DNA of 64,000 bases from Gemmatimonadales bacterium (GCA_041615815.1 JBFJCP010000021.1:1-64000), one strand, 5' to 3'. Positions 8,784 through 19,925 are shown, counted from the stretch's first letter. The notes: generated by a model from the letters alone, not told the origin. Program-made: numbers and translations.

Positions 8784-10081
8784 CGGGTTCCTCCAAGGTC
8801 CGTGCTCACCAGCGCTTCGATCTCCGCGATCGCCTGGCGGAACTGTGCAGCGAGTCGCACGGATTCGACCTCGTATCGGTTGACGGTCATCTCGCTCTCG
8901 ACCAGCGTCATGTAGTCGACACTCCCAACGCGGTAGGCCGAGAGCGCCGCGTCCACCGCGGCCCGCGCCTGCGGGAGTACGGCGGTGGCGTACAAGTGCG
9001 AGAGGTTGCGGGCGCGTTCGGCGTCAGCCCTGAGCTCGGCGAGGCGCGCGAAGGTTTCGTTGTACAGGTCGAGCTCCATGGCTTCTTCGCTGGCTTGCAT
9101 GGCTTGCATCTCCCGCCGCATGGGTAGTTGTCGCGCCCCCGCGAACAACGGAATGCTGACACCCACCATGACGGTGGCCATGTCGTCGAACTGCGGACGT
9201 TGGCCGTAGCTCAGCCCCACCATGAAGTCCGGGTAGATCTGCCGGCGAGCGGCACGGTATCCGGCTTCGGCCGCATCCACTCTCGCCCGCACGGCTCGGA
9301 GGGCCGGTCGTGTTCGCGCGGCCGTTTCCATGAGCGCTTCCACCGACGGGAGTTGCGCGAGCGGTGGCGGGAGCTCGAGGGAGCCCACGAGGGCGGTTGC
9401 TTCTCGTCCCAGCAGCGCGTTCATGCGGGCGGCGGTCGCCAAACGGTCCTGTTGCATGACCGTGATGTCTTCGGTCATGGACGCCACGGCCACCTGGGCC
9501 TGTAGCACGTCCTGTTGCTGCCCCGTTCCCACGGCGTACATGGCGGAGGAGACACGCAGAAAATCCCGCAACAGCTCCCGGGTCTCGATCATGATGTCGA
9601 GCGCCCGGTCCATGTAGGCGAGCTGGAAGTAGACGCGCTTCACGCGGGCGAGGAGTGCTACCTCGGCCTCGTCGGCGTCGAGCTGCTGCGCGTCGGCCAG
9701 CCGCCGCTCCCGTTGCTTGGCGAAGCCGAGCTTCCCGGGCCACGGCAACACCTGACCGAGCTGAATCTGATTCATGGTCATCGGTTCGCTCGTCCCGAAA
9801 TCGTTGAGCGGCCTGTTCATCAGGGCAAACGACAGCTGCGGATCCGGGAACGCGCCGGCTTGCGGGACCCGCTCGAGCGCCGCTTCGGCTCTGAGCCGCG
9901 CGGCCTGGAGACCGGGGTTGGCTTCGCGGGCCATGACGAGTGCCTGTGTGAGATGCAACGTGTCCGGCGCCATCTCCTGCGCAGGCAGTTGTCCGGATGT
10001 GGCCGCCACCAGTGCCGTCAGAAGCTTGAGCCACCGCCGCGCTCGCTCCGCGATGGGCCGGTTTCCAATGGGTTGTCGCAT
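8780..10081 (-). CDS. TolC-family outer membrane efflux protein (CusC-like)
   Basis: Two OEP repeats (ANPGL...PDPQL; RPAL...YPDF), Met-rich loop EPMTM; GGAGAG SD 7 nt before ATG 10081; lies upstream of cusB/cusA. Confidence 0.9.
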   Translation of the reverse strand: MRQPIGNRPIAERARRWLKLLTALVAATSGQLPAQEMAPDTLHLTQALVMAREANPGLQAARLRAEAALERVPQAGAFPDPQLSFALMNRPLNDFGTSEPMTMNQIQLGQVLPWPGKLGFAKQRERRLADAQQLDADEAEVALLARVKRVYFQLAYMDRALDIMIETRELLRDFLRVSSAMYAVGTGQQQDVLQAQVAVASMTEDITVMQQDRLATAARMNALLGREATALVGSLELPPPLAQLPSVEALMETAARTRPALRAVRARVDAAEAGYRAARRQIYPDFMVGLSYGQRPQFDDMATVMVGVSIPLFAGARQLPMRREMQAMQASEEAMELDLYNETFARLAELRADAERARNLSHLYATAVLPQARAAVDAALSAYRVGSVDYMTLVESEMTVNRYEVESVRLAAQFRQAIAEIEALVSTDLGGTR

Positions 10082-10169
10082 GAACTGTCTCTCCAAAGAG
10101 AATGCGGTACGCAGTGGCCCCCGGGCGTACGCGTCGCCAGGGACATGGGCACACTGGTGCTAGGAGAGG

Positions 10170-10499
10170 CTAGGCTCTGGGGGGTGGGCTGATCTCTGAG
10201 CCGGGATCTGTCGCCGCGCGCGTGGCCACGCCCGGTTCCCGTGCGCCGTGCTCCGGAATGGCCTGCACCTGCGCTGGCTCCAGGACGGGCGCACCGAGCG
10301 CTATCGCGCAGTGAGACAGATCGTGGCAGGTATTCGAGTGATTCAGGGCGGACCAGGCAACGTTGGTCGACCCCTCATGATCCATATGTGTCGCCGTATG
10401 TCCGGAAACGTCGCACGCCACTGGCCTCGCGTAGGGGAGGGCGAGGACACCGGCGACTGCTACGGCCAGCAAGACACGAACGGGACGGAACATGGTCAT
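10170..10499 (-). CDS. CutF/DUF2946-like exported leader protein with His/Cys metal motif and C-terminal PPPRA
   Basis: 109 aa: signal-like N-terminus, HTATHMDH, CHDLSHC, ends SPPPRA*; immediately upstream of the TolC gene. Confidence 0.65.
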   Translation of the reverse strand: MTMFRPVRVLLAVAVAGVLALPYARPVACDVSGHTATHMDHEGSTNVAWSALNHSNTCHDLSHCAIALGAPVLEPAQVQAIPEHGAREPGVATRAATDPGSEISPPPRA

Positions 10500-10563
10500 G
10501 GAACAATAATACCCACAAACCGCCGGAAAAGGTGAATACCCGGTGAAGCCAGGCGTGATGTGC

Positions 10564-10593
10564 CAATGGGGGAGCCCTCTGGCTCCCCCATTG
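10564..10593 (-). terminator. Perfect 13-bp hairpin downstream of the cytochrome c gene
   Basis: CAATGGGGGAGCC-ctct-GGCTCCCCCATTG. There is no U-tract, so it may be a weak terminator or an mRNA-stabilising stem. Confidence 0.55.
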
Positions 10594-10620
10594 CATCGCT
10601 CCGCGAGACCGGCGTGCCGA

Positions 10621-11247
10621 TCAATTCCCGCCCCGCAGACTGTTGAGATACGCCACGATCGCTTCGATCTCATCCGCCGCCAGACCGAAGTTCGGCATCA
10701 TCGACGTCGAGCTGTTGAAGGTGGGGTCGGCGAGCTTGCGGCGGACAAAATCCGCTCCTTTCTTGCTCACGATCGCGTTGAGGCCGGGCCCGATCTGGCC
10801 ACCGGTGTTGGCGATCACATGGCATCCCACGCACGCTTTTTGTTCGGACAGGGTTTTTCCCCGCGCGACCAACTCGGGATCGGTGGCAACGGGTCCGGTA
10901 CGGAGACTCGTAGGCGCGGCCGCGCTCGCGCCGGGGAGTGCTGCCCGCTCGCTCGGGTCGGTGTTGGTTGCCTGCAGGAAGGCCAGTACCTGTCTGACTT
11001 CCTTGCCTGTCAAGTTGCCCCGCGCCCGCATATGGTTGGCGATGGTGACCCAGGCACGGTCGGTCCGTTCGAGCGGTGAGCGTGGGTTGTGACAGCGGCC
11101 GCACATGGCGCCGTACACCCGGGCGCCGTCGGCGACGGAGCCTCCATTGGCACCCTGTGCCTGCGCTTCGCTGCCGAAGGCAGCGAGGAGCGCGGTCCCG
11201 GCGACAGTCATCGCCAGGATCATCAATCGATGCATGAAGCTGCGCAT
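10621..11247 (-). CDS. Periplasmic diheme c-type cytochrome
   Basis: Signal peptide; CGRCH with downstream HMRARG; second domain CVGCH...GPGL...MMPNF. Confidence 0.88.
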   Translation of the reverse strand: MRSFMHRLMILAMTVAGTALLAAFGSEAQAQGANGGSVADGARVYGAMCGRCHNPRSPLERTDRAWVTIANHMRARGNLTGKEVRQVLAFLQATNTDPSERAALPGASAAAPTSLRTGPVATDPELVARGKTLSEQKACVGCHVIANTGGQIGPGLNAIVSKKGADFVRRKLADPTFNSSTSMMPNFGLAADEIEAIVAYLNSLRGGN

Positions 11248-11256
11248 GACTGCCTC

Positions 11257-12366
11257 CTAGAATCCGTAGGCGATGTGGAAGATGAAGCGGTCATTATCGA
11301 GCTCGGGGCCGAGTTCATTGTTCACTTCGTAGCCTCCCATAAAGGCGATGGAGGGGCTGAACCAGTAGTCGAGCCCGAAACCCGCCTGCCAGGCACCGCG
11401 ATTCTGGGTGACGCCGTCCAGCTCGCTGTCGAACACCTGGGTCCAGCGAAATACCGACTCCCATGCGCCGAAGCGGTACGCTGCCTGCGCGTAAAACCCG
11501 TGGCGACGCAGGGTGGGGAAGCCGCTGGGAACCTCGATCTCCTGTCTCGTCTGGAGATACTCGCCTCGGACCTCGAAATTGGCCGCTCGGAACTCGGCCG
11601 CCACGTTCCAACCCGTGAGGTCGAGCACGTTGTCCACGTCGTAGTCGCTGTTCATGTACGAGAAGTTGACCTCGAAGTGCGGCGGTACCGCGAGGTCGAG
11701 CCGCCCACCCAACAGCTTGTCCGTATTGTTGTCGCCCGACGATCCCGGAAAGACCAACTCGGCGACGCCGGCCGCTGGGTCCTCGGGTGCAGCGCCTTGC
11801 GTCACATACCCGTTGAGCGTGAGATGGACGGGGCCGGGCCGAAGCATGGCCCGCGCCATGAATCCCAGATCGGACAGGATCGGCAGTAAGGGTTCCGCGC
11901 CGAATGCCGCGACGTGGTGTCCGTACATCGGCGGTGCCGTTGGGAACTTGTTGATCCACGTTGGGTGGAGTCGCTCGCCAAAGACCCCGAAGGGCAACAA
12001 GAACTTGCCACCGACGAGCGTCAGATTGTCGAGGACCATCACGTCGAGCTGCGCGTACTCCAGTCCGGTTTCGGTCACCCCGCCTTCGAGCTCGAACTCG
12101 AACTCCGCCTCGAAGAGAATCCGGTCCTGAAACTGAAACAGGAAGATCGGATTGATCGCGGCATTGAATGCGTTCTCGTTTGCCCCCTGCGTGGTGATGC
12201 CGTAGCCGACCGTGCCATAGCCGGACAAGACGACTTGCGTCGTGGGGATCACCCGATCGCCAGCGGGGATGGGCTCGTCCTGCGCTGCGGCAGATGTCGA
12301 CGTCGCCAAGGCGAGTCCCATGCCAATGGCGATCGCGAACACGCGCTTGCTATCAACCGTGACCAT
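11257..12366 (-). CDS. Outer-membrane beta-barrel porin-like protein
   Basis: GGAGGAGG SD, signal peptide, amphipathic strands (ILFEAEFEFE, LEYAQLD, GKFLLPFG), terminal IAYGF; GHH in a loop. Confidence 0.8.
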   Translation of the reverse strand: MVTVDSKRVFAIAIGMGLALATSTSAAAQDEPIPAGDRVIPTTQVVLSGYGTVGYGITTQGANENAFNAAINPIFLFQFQDRILFEAEFEFELEGGVTETGLEYAQLDVMVLDNLTLVGGKFLLPFGVFGERLHPTWINKFPTAPPMYGHHVAAFGAEPLLPILSDLGFMARAMLRPGPVHLTLNGYVTQGAAPEDPAAGVAELVFPGSSGDNNTDKLLGGRLDLAVPPHFEVNFSYMNSDYDVDNVLDLTGWNVAAEFRAANFEVRGEYLQTRQEIEVPSGFPTLRRHGFYAQAAYRFGAWESVFRWTQVFDSELDGVTQNRGAWQAGFGLDYWFSPSIAFMGGYEVNNELGPELDNDRFIFHIAYGF

Positions 12367-13138
12367 GGCCGCCTCCTCCCTGATCATCCGGTGGGGTACC
12401 GTCATCCGGCGTGAGCACCGGGATGTGGAACTCGCCGTCCTCGAATACGCCGCCCACGTCGATCTCGACGTGTAGCTCGTATTCACCGGCCAGCTCGAAG
12501 TGAAACTCGGCTTCGTACTCACCGGGCTCTTCTTCGGCGACCGTCAGCGCCGTTTCCGCTCCGTTGGGATCGTGGATCTCGAGCTCGACGTCCAAACCGC
12601 CGACCTCCGCTCCTGGGGTGCCATCGGGAAGCAGTTCGTGCACGTGGACGTGGATGTGGCCTTCGTCGTCCACCAGCAGCGGAGCGCCGGAGATTTCCAG
12701 CTCAACCCAGTACGGTCCGATGATCCGATGAGCGTTGTGGACGTCGATCTCGGTCTCCCCGAGTCGCCACATCAGTTTGTGTCGGTGTGGGATGCCCTCG
12801 AAGTGTAGGTGGTGCTCACCCTCCTCGAAGAACATCGCATGTGCTGCGTACCCGTCGCCTTCGGGCTCCATGTCCACGATGCGAAGGGCTCCGCCGGCCG
12901 CATGCTCGATCTCGAGTCGCGCGTTCTCGATCTGCATGGGTGCGCCATTCTCGGAGATGTGGACGTGCACCTCGATCTCCTCGAACGTCTCGATTCTCGC
13001 AGCCTCGATCTCGAACTCGACGTTGGCCTGCAAGTCTTCCAAGGCAGTGGGGTTGTCCCACCCGGCACATGCACCGACCAAGAACGCCGCGCTCACGGCG
13101 AGCCAGACGGGCCGCGCGTCGGTCATTCGTGTATGCAT
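12353..13138 (-). CDS. His/Glu-rich lipoprotein with two YtkA/FixH-like Ig-fold domains
   Basis: AGGAG SD; lipobox LVGAC; two repeats of G.Y.A...F...G.(H/Y).L (DGYAAHAMFFEEGEHHLH; PGEYEAEFHFELAGEYELH); HIHVHVH; tail GHGHG. Confidence 0.7.
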   Translation of the reverse strand: MHTRMTDARPVWLAVSAAFLVGACAGWDNPTALEDLQANVEFEIEAARIETFEEIEVHVHISENGAPMQIENARLEIEHAAGGALRIVDMEPEGDGYAAHAMFFEEGEHHLHFEGIPHRHKLMWRLGETEIDVHNAHRIIGPYWVELEISGAPLLVDDEGHIHVHVHELLPDGTPGAEVGGLDVELEIHDPNGAETALTVAEEEPGEYEAEFHFELAGEYELHVEIDVGGVFEDGEFHIPVLTPDDGTPPDDQGGGGHGHG

Positions 13139-13198
13139 AGGGAACTCTCCTGTTAGGTCGAGACGGGTGTATGCCCGCCAGTTCGACCGACACACAGA

Positions 13199-13212
13199 GC
13201 AGGTCGCGTACC
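13199..13212 (-). promoter_or_regulatory. sigma54 (-24/-12) promoter of the lipoprotein-porin-cytochrome operon
   Basis: Minus strand GGTACGCGACCTGC(T) = GG-N10-GC; AT-rich tract at 13222-13256 just upstream. Confidence 0.65.
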
Positions 13213-13288
13213 CAGGCGAGGTATATTCGTAAATTGTTTAGGAGTAGGTATTTACGCCTGCATGGGGGCTGACGGCGAACATCTATAG

Positions 13289-13339
13289 TGGGTGATTTGC
13301 CCCAAGTGCAGACGCCAAGCGCTGAGGTATATCCCCCAA
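13289..13339. promoter_or_regulatory. Paired palindromic enhancer sites (putative bEBP binding)
   Basis: TGGGTGATTTGCCCCA (13289-13304) and TGAGGTATATCCCCCA (13323-13338); the same motif recurs upstream of the kinase. Confidence 0.65.
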
Positions 13340-13341
13340 TT

Positions 13342-14778
<1,437 letters not shown>

Positions 14779-14785
14779 GGTCCGC

Positions 14786-16648
14786 TCAGGACTCTGGAGT
14801 GGCGGCGCGCTCGCCGCCAGGCGGTTGCCGTTCATAACCCCTCTGCGGGAGCACGATCGTAAAGGTCGTTCCCCGACCCACCACGCTTTGGACCATCAGC
14901 GTTCCACGGTGTCGGTCGATGATACTCTTGGTAATCGAGAGACCCAGCCCCGTTCCCTGGTGTTTTGTGGTGAAGAACGGTTTGAAGATCCTGTCCAGTT
15001 CCTCGGCAGGGATGCCGGCTCCCGTATCGCTGATGTTGATCTCGACACCATTGTCGCCGAGCCGTGTCCTCACAGTCACTCGTCCACCGTTCTTGGTGGC
15101 CTGGATCCCGTTCACGATGAGATTCACCAGCGCCTGGCGGATCAGTTCGGCATCCGCAAGGACAGGCGGCACGGTGTTCTCGTCAACGTCCATATGAACT
15201 CCCGCTTTGTGCGCGAATGGACGTACGAGGGTCAGAGCCCGCTCCACGACGTCGCTGACGCGGGTCGGCGCGAAGCTGAGCGGGGCCGGCCGGGCGAACG
15301 CGAGAAGATCGCGGACGGCCAGGTCGATCCTGGAGACCTGGCGTTCGATCTCATCGACGATCGGTCTGAGTTTTGCGTCGTCGTGGGTGTGTCGAATGAT
15401 GAGGTCGAGGCCGCCCGAGATTCCCGCAATCGGATTCTTGATCTCGTGCGCCACGCCGGCCGCCAACTCCCCCACGGTAGCGAGCTGACCGGCACGCTCG
15501 ATCTCCCGTTCGTGTAGCTGGCGCACGCGTGCGGACTTCTCGGAGAGCTCCTCCGCCATGTCGTTGAAGGCCGTTCCCAATTCTCCGATCTCGTTGCGCT
15601 CATGGATCCGCACTCTCGCGTCCAGATCCCCCTCGGCCAGCCGGCGGGTCGCGGCGACGAGACGGCGCACCGGCGCCACGATCCTACCGGCCATGGCCAG
15701 CGCGAGCCCAAGAATGAGCACCGCCAACATCAGGCTCAGCCACAGCGACATGCGCCGCAGCTGCCGGAGCTCCAGCAGGGCATCCGACACGGGCACCTCG
15801 GTGATGAGACGCCATGGATGTCCCGGGACGCCAACGACGGTTCCAACCACCTCGATCCCCTGTCTGTCGGGATACACGGCGCTCGACCGTAGCGGACGGC
15901 CGAGCAGCGGGGTTTGGAGTTGGGCGCCGTAGTCGATGATGGTGTGCGGGTGCGACACGAAGATGGGGACACCCTGCTCGTTCACGATGAAGCTCTCGAC
16001 ACTGCCCGCGGTGTGTTCTGGGATCTGGAGAAACTCCGATGGCCCGAGCACTTCCACGTAGCCACCCAGGTAGATGGCCGCTGGATTCGTTTCTGGCGCG
16101 TTCACCGGGACGGCAAACCGGAGACGGGGAGGTCTCGGAGGAGCCGGATCTCGCACGATCTGGATCGGCGTTTCCGGCACGCGCAGGGGAGGGCCAATCC
16201 AGAGGGGCAAGTCGATCGGAGGGAGCGGAGCTGAAGCGACGATCGTTCCGTCGGATCGATAGACGTAGAGCGCCTCGAACGCCGGGAACGCCTCGAGCTG
16301 TTCGTCGAGAAACGCGTTGACGTCGTCGATAGACGTTGCGCGTCCCCCAGGTTGGGGTGCCAACACCCGTTGGATGGCGTTGTGATGGGACAGTTCCTGG
16401 AGGAGGAGCGTGTGTCGCTCGACCTGATCGCGTACGTGGAGGGCCTGAAAATCGGCGATGCCCTCGAGGTAGCGTTCCACGAGTCCCTCGATGATCGCCG
16501 TGCTCCGGAAATACCCCAGCCCGTTCGAAATCAGGAGCGGAAGGAACGACAGCACCAGAAAGGCCGCCAGTAGCTGCCGTCCGAGCGGACCCGCGAAGGG
16601 ACGGGAGAGTCTGGAGCGAAGTAACTGCAAATGGTCTCGGGTGCTCAT
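14786..16648 (-). CDS. Membrane sensor histidine kinase (periplasmic Cache-like domain, HAMP, HisKA, HATPase)
   Basis: Two TMs, HAMP (NEIGELGTAFNDM), AHEIKNP, NLIVNGIQA, DTGAGI, PFFTTK, GTGLGL. Confidence 0.93.
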   Translation of the reverse strand: MSTRDHLQLLRSRLSRPFAGPLGRQLLAAFLVLSFLPLLISNGLGYFRSTAIIEGLVERYLEGIADFQALHVRDQVERHTLLLQELSHHNAIQRVLAPQPGGRATSIDDVNAFLDEQLEAFPAFEALYVYRSDGTIVASAPLPPIDLPLWIGPPLRVPETPIQIVRDPAPPRPPRLRFAVPVNAPETNPAAIYLGGYVEVLGPSEFLQIPEHTAGSVESFIVNEQGVPIFVSHPHTIIDYGAQLQTPLLGRPLRSSAVYPDRQGIEVVGTVVGVPGHPWRLITEVPVSDALLELRQLRRMSLWLSLMLAVLILGLALAMAGRIVAPVRRLVAATRRLAEGDLDARVRIHERNEIGELGTAFNDMAEELSEKSARVRQLHEREIERAGQLATVGELAAGVAHEIKNPIAGISGGLDLIIRHTHDDAKLRPIVDEIERQVSRIDLAVRDLLAFARPAPLSFAPTRVSDVVERALTLVRPFAHKAGVHMDVDENTVPPVLADAELIRQALVNLIVNGIQATKNGGRVTVRTRLGDNGVEINISDTGAGIPAEELDRIFKPFFTTKHQGTGLGLSITKSIIDRHRGTLMVQSVVGRGTTFTIVLPQRGYERQPPGGERAATPES

Positions 16649-16663
16649 GGTCTCACGGCAAAG

Positions 16664-16677
16664 GCAAGTCACGAGCC
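16664..16677 (-). promoter_or_regulatory. sigma54 (-24/-12) promoter of the two-component operon
   Basis: Minus strand GGCTCGTGACTTGC versus consensus GGCACGNNNNTTGC; IHF-like CAACAATGAATTG at 16708-16720. Confidence 0.7.
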
Positions 16678-16732
16678 CGTGGCTCGCTCCTAGCGTAATC
16701 TCCTTTACAACAATGAATTGGGAAGCACGGCG

Positions 16733-16810
16733 GGTGGATTGCTCCCCACGGGTGTTGGGGTATCTGCCCCAGATCCAGTGTGGTTGAATGGTGGGTGATA
16801 TCCCCCAAGT
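16733..16810. promoter_or_regulatory. Paired (plus one weak) palindromic enhancer sites
   Basis: TGGGGTATCTGCCCCA (16756-16771), TGGGTGATATCCCCCA (16792-16807), and a weak copy GGTGGATTGCTCCCCA (16733-16748). Confidence 0.65.
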
Positions 16811-16928
16811 GGTCAAGACGGTGAGACTGGTGCGGGCTTTTGGGTGGCCGGGATACGAAGGACCCCTCGCCACGTGCATGTGTCGCTGTATCGTTATGGC
16901 TCGCGTTCACCCGTGATCGAGGAAACCG

Positions 16929-18347
16929 ATGACCCAACTCGGGACGGCCGAGCATCCCCTCCGCGTGGCCGTCGTCGGTTCCGGCCCTGCCGGCTTTTTC
17001 GTGGCGGAGCAACTGCTCAAGCGCGACGATCTCGTGGTTCATGTCGACATGATCGAGCGGCTCCCCACCCCCTACGGCCTGGTGCGGTTCGGGGTGGCGC
17101 CGGATCACGAAAAGATCAAGAACGTCACGCGGGCCTACGACAAGGTGGCGGCGCGTCCGGGCTTTCGGTTTTTCGGGAACGTGGACTACGGTTCACACGT
17201 CACCTTGGATGACCTCAAGAACCACTACCACCAGATCTGCTTCACCACCGGTGCCCAGACCGATCGCCGGATGGGTATCCCGGGTGAGGACCTGGCCCGC
17301 AGTCGGACGGCCACTGAATTCGTGGCCTGGTACAACGGCCATCCCGATTATCGGGACTATGAGTTCGATCTCTCAGTGGAACGGGTGGCGGTGGTGGGTG
17401 TGGGGAACGTGGCCGTGGATGTCGCTCGGATTCTCTGTCGCACGCCGGAAGAGCTCGCCACCACCGACATTGCGGACTACGCGCTGGACGCGCTGCGCGC
17501 CAGCCGGATCAGGGAGGTGTACATGTTGGGGCGCCGCGGTCCGGCGCAAGCGGCCTTTACCACGCCAGAGGTGCGCGAGCTGGGCGAGATGCCGGGAGCG
17601 GATGTGGTGGTGCTGCCGGACGAAGCGGCGCTCGACCCCCTGAGCCAGTCAGCGTTAGACGATGCCGAGGACCGCTCGCTCGCCAAGAAAGTGGAAATCG
17701 TCCAGGAGTTTGCGCGGCGCGAGCGCACGGGCAAGCCCAAAACGCTCTTTCTGCGGTTCCTGGTGTCGCCCGTGGAGCTCACCGGTGACGCGCACGGCCG
17801 AGTGGCGGGCATGCGACTGGTACGCAATGAGCTCTACAGGACGGACGACGGGCGGCTGCGTCCCAGGCCGACCGATCAGTTCGAGGAACTTCCTGTCCAG
17901 CTCGTCTTTCGATCCGTGGGCTACCGGGGCGTGCCGCTGCCACAACTTCCGTTTGACGACGGGTGGGGCATCGTCCCGAACAAGGGAGGACGTGTCCTCG
18001 ACGCGGCCGATGGCCGGCCGATCGTGGGCATCTACGTGAGCGGCTGGATCAAGCGAGGCCCGTCCGGTGTGATCGGGACCAACAAACCGGATGCCGCGGA
18101 GACGGTGCGGGCGATGCTCGAGGACCGAGAGCGCGGGAGCTTGCTCGAACCCACGGGGCCTTCGCCGGAGGCCACGCACCGTTTCCTGGTGGATCGCCAG
18201 CCGCGGTTAGTGACCTACGGTGACTGGAATCGCTTGAACAAGTTGGAAATGGGACGCGGGAAGCCCTATGGCCGACCGAGGGTCAAGTTCACGTCGGTGG
18301 ACGAAATGATGGAAGCACTAGGTAGGTCGGTACGTCGGAAGGTCTGA
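16929..18347 (+). CDS. fprA: Ferredoxin-NADP+ reductase, adrenodoxin-reductase/FprA type
   Basis: VAVVGSGPAG, PTPYGLVRFGVAPDH, WYNGHPD, GVGNVAVDVARIL, GRRGPAQAAFT, GWIKRGPSGVIGTNK. Confidence 0.9.
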   Translation: MTQLGTAEHPLRVAVVGSGPAGFFVAEQLLKRDDLVVHVDMIERLPTPYGLVRFGVAPDHEKIKNVTRAYDKVAARPGFRFFGNVDYGSHVTLDDLKNHYHQICFTTGAQTDRRMGIPGEDLARSRTATEFVAWYNGHPDYRDYEFDLSVERVAVVGVGNVAVDVARILCRTPEELATTDIADYALDALRASRIREVYMLGRRGPAQAAFTTPEVRELGEMPGADVVVLPDEAALDPLSQSALDDAEDRSLAKKVEIVQEFARRERTGKPKTLFLRFLVSPVELTGDAHGRVAGMRLVRNELYRTDDGRLRPRPTDQFEELPVQLVFRSVGYRGVPLPQLPFDDGWGIVPNKGGRVLDAADGRPIVGIYVSGWIKRGPSGVIGTNKPDAAETVRAMLEDRERGSLLEPTGPSPEATHRFLVDRQPRLVTYGDWNRLNKLEMGRGKPYGRPRVKFTSVDEMMEALGRSVRRKV

Positions 18348-18427
18348 AGGTGGGAAGTCTAGGAAGTGGAAAGCCGGAATGAGACAACCGCCGGCATCCT
18401 GACCTCTGACCTTCCAAGCTACCGACC
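18325..18427. repeat. Imperfect ~30-bp inverted repeat built from short GGAAGGT-like tandem units, between convergent fprA and dacB
   Basis: Left arm GGTCGGTACGTCGGAAGGTCTGAAGGTGGGA; reverse complement of right arm GGTCGGTAGCTTGGAAGGTCAGAGGTCAGGA. Confidence 0.55.
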
Positions 18428-19906
18428 GATCTCCACTATCACCGAATCGATCTGTGCCAGTGCTCGGGCGAACGACGCAGTGTGGTTGTTGGCCACGATG
18501 GCGAAGATCAACGGTCCCCGACCTGGTCGCTCGATGTAGCCTGAGAGCGAGTTGACGTGATTGATGCTCCCGGTCTTGGCTATCACGCGGTCCTCGAGCG
18601 GTGTCCCGCGGAAACGGTCTCGGAGGGAGCCGGGGAGGCCAGCCCGCGGCAACGCATTCACGAATGAAGCTTTGGCAGGGTGGGTGTGCATGTAGCGAAG
18701 CAGGGCGGTGAGGGCCCGCGGCGTAATCAGATTCCCGCTCGACAGTCCGGAACCGTCGTCGAGTGCAAACGTCGTCGAATCGATGCCGACGGAATCGACC
18801 AGAAAACGACCGATCACCTCGAGCCCCCGTTCCCACGATCCCTCGCTGCCCATCTCCCGCCCCAGCGTCTTGACGAGCATCTCGGCGAACCAGTTCTGAC
18901 TGGAGTTGAGGATGGGAAAGAGCCGATCGGCCAGCGATCGTGACGGGAACTCGACGAGCGGCTGTGCGGAACGTACGCCCAGGTAGCGAAGGCTGTCCGT
19001 GGTGGAGGAAGTGGGTCCGCCGATGCTCACGCCGCGCGTTTCGAGTGCCCGTCGCAGGGCCTGGACAAAAAAGAGATTGGGATCGGGGAGCGCGAAGTAC
19101 TCGGTCTTCGCGGGATGGTCGAGAGGAACGGTTCCCTCGGCCCAGATTCGCATCGTCCCTGGTTCGCGAAAGAAATCGATAGTGCGGCGGCCACCTGGTC
19201 TGACGGTGCGAGCCCGGTTCTCGAAGTCGAAGTTGTCGAGCAACGGCTCGAAGGCGACGACCGCGGGGCTTCCGACTCGCGGGCCGGGTCCCCATGTCAC
19301 ATTCACGCTATTGTCGTTGAATCCGAGCCCCGAGACGGGTGCTGCATACCACCAGTTCAGGTCGTAGGCTTCCCACGCCGGGTGCACGAGCTCTGGCTCG
19401 AAGTAGCTGCCATCGCCGACCAGACCGCCGGCGACCTGCCGGATGCCGGCACTCACGATGCTGTCTGCCAGGGCGTCCATACGCGTCCACAGGTCGTCAC
19501 AGGCGCCTGGGGCGAGTGAGTCTACGCCGTAGCACCGCTCCGAAAAGGTGGGATCGCCTCGTCCGTACACGACGAGATCGCCGCCCAGGGTCCCATCCAC
19601 CAGCGGGCCGGTGCCGTAGACGCTCGTGATGATGCGATGATCCGGGGGGAACAGGGCGGCGGCGGCGGTTGCGACGAGGAGCTTGGCATTGGACGCCGGA
19701 ATGAACAGCCGTTCCGCGTTTCGCGCATAGAGCGTGCGTCCCGTTTCATCCGTGAGATGAACGCCCCAGCTGGCGCGGTTGAATGGGCGCGCGTCTAGCA
19801 GGGCGTCGAGGCGGTTCCCCAGGCCGTCCTGGGCGACGACGGGCGAGGCGAGTAAGAGCAGGGCGAACCATCCGACGTGGGGGGATGGCACTAGGACAGG
19901 CTTCAT
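18419..19906 (-). CDS. dacB: D-Ala-D-Ala carboxypeptidase/endopeptidase (PBP4, peptidase S13)
   Basis: PASNAKL (SxxK), SQN (SxN), AKTGS, DGSGLS; signal peptide. Confidence 0.92.
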   Translation of the reverse strand: MKPVLVPSPHVGWFALLLLASPVVAQDGLGNRLDALLDARPFNRASWGVHLTDETGRTLYARNAERLFIPASNAKLLVATAAAALFPPDHRIITSVYGTGPLVDGTLGGDLVVYGRGDPTFSERCYGVDSLAPGACDDLWTRMDALADSIVSAGIRQVAGGLVGDGSYFEPELVHPAWEAYDLNWWYAAPVSGLGFNDNSVNVTWGPGPRVGSPAVVAFEPLLDNFDFENRARTVRPGGRRTIDFFREPGTMRIWAEGTVPLDHPAKTEYFALPDPNLFFVQALRRALETRGVSIGGPTSSTTDSLRYLGVRSAQPLVEFPSRSLADRLFPILNSSQNWFAEMLVKTLGREMGSEGSWERGLEVIGRFLVDSVGIDSTTFALDDGSGLSSGNLITPRALTALLRYMHTHPAKASFVNALPRAGLPGSLRDRFRGTPLEDRVIAKTGSINHVNSLSGYIERPGRGPLIFAIVANNHTASFARALAQIDSVIVEIGR

Positions 19907-19925
19907 AGAGATATTGAAAGTTCGA

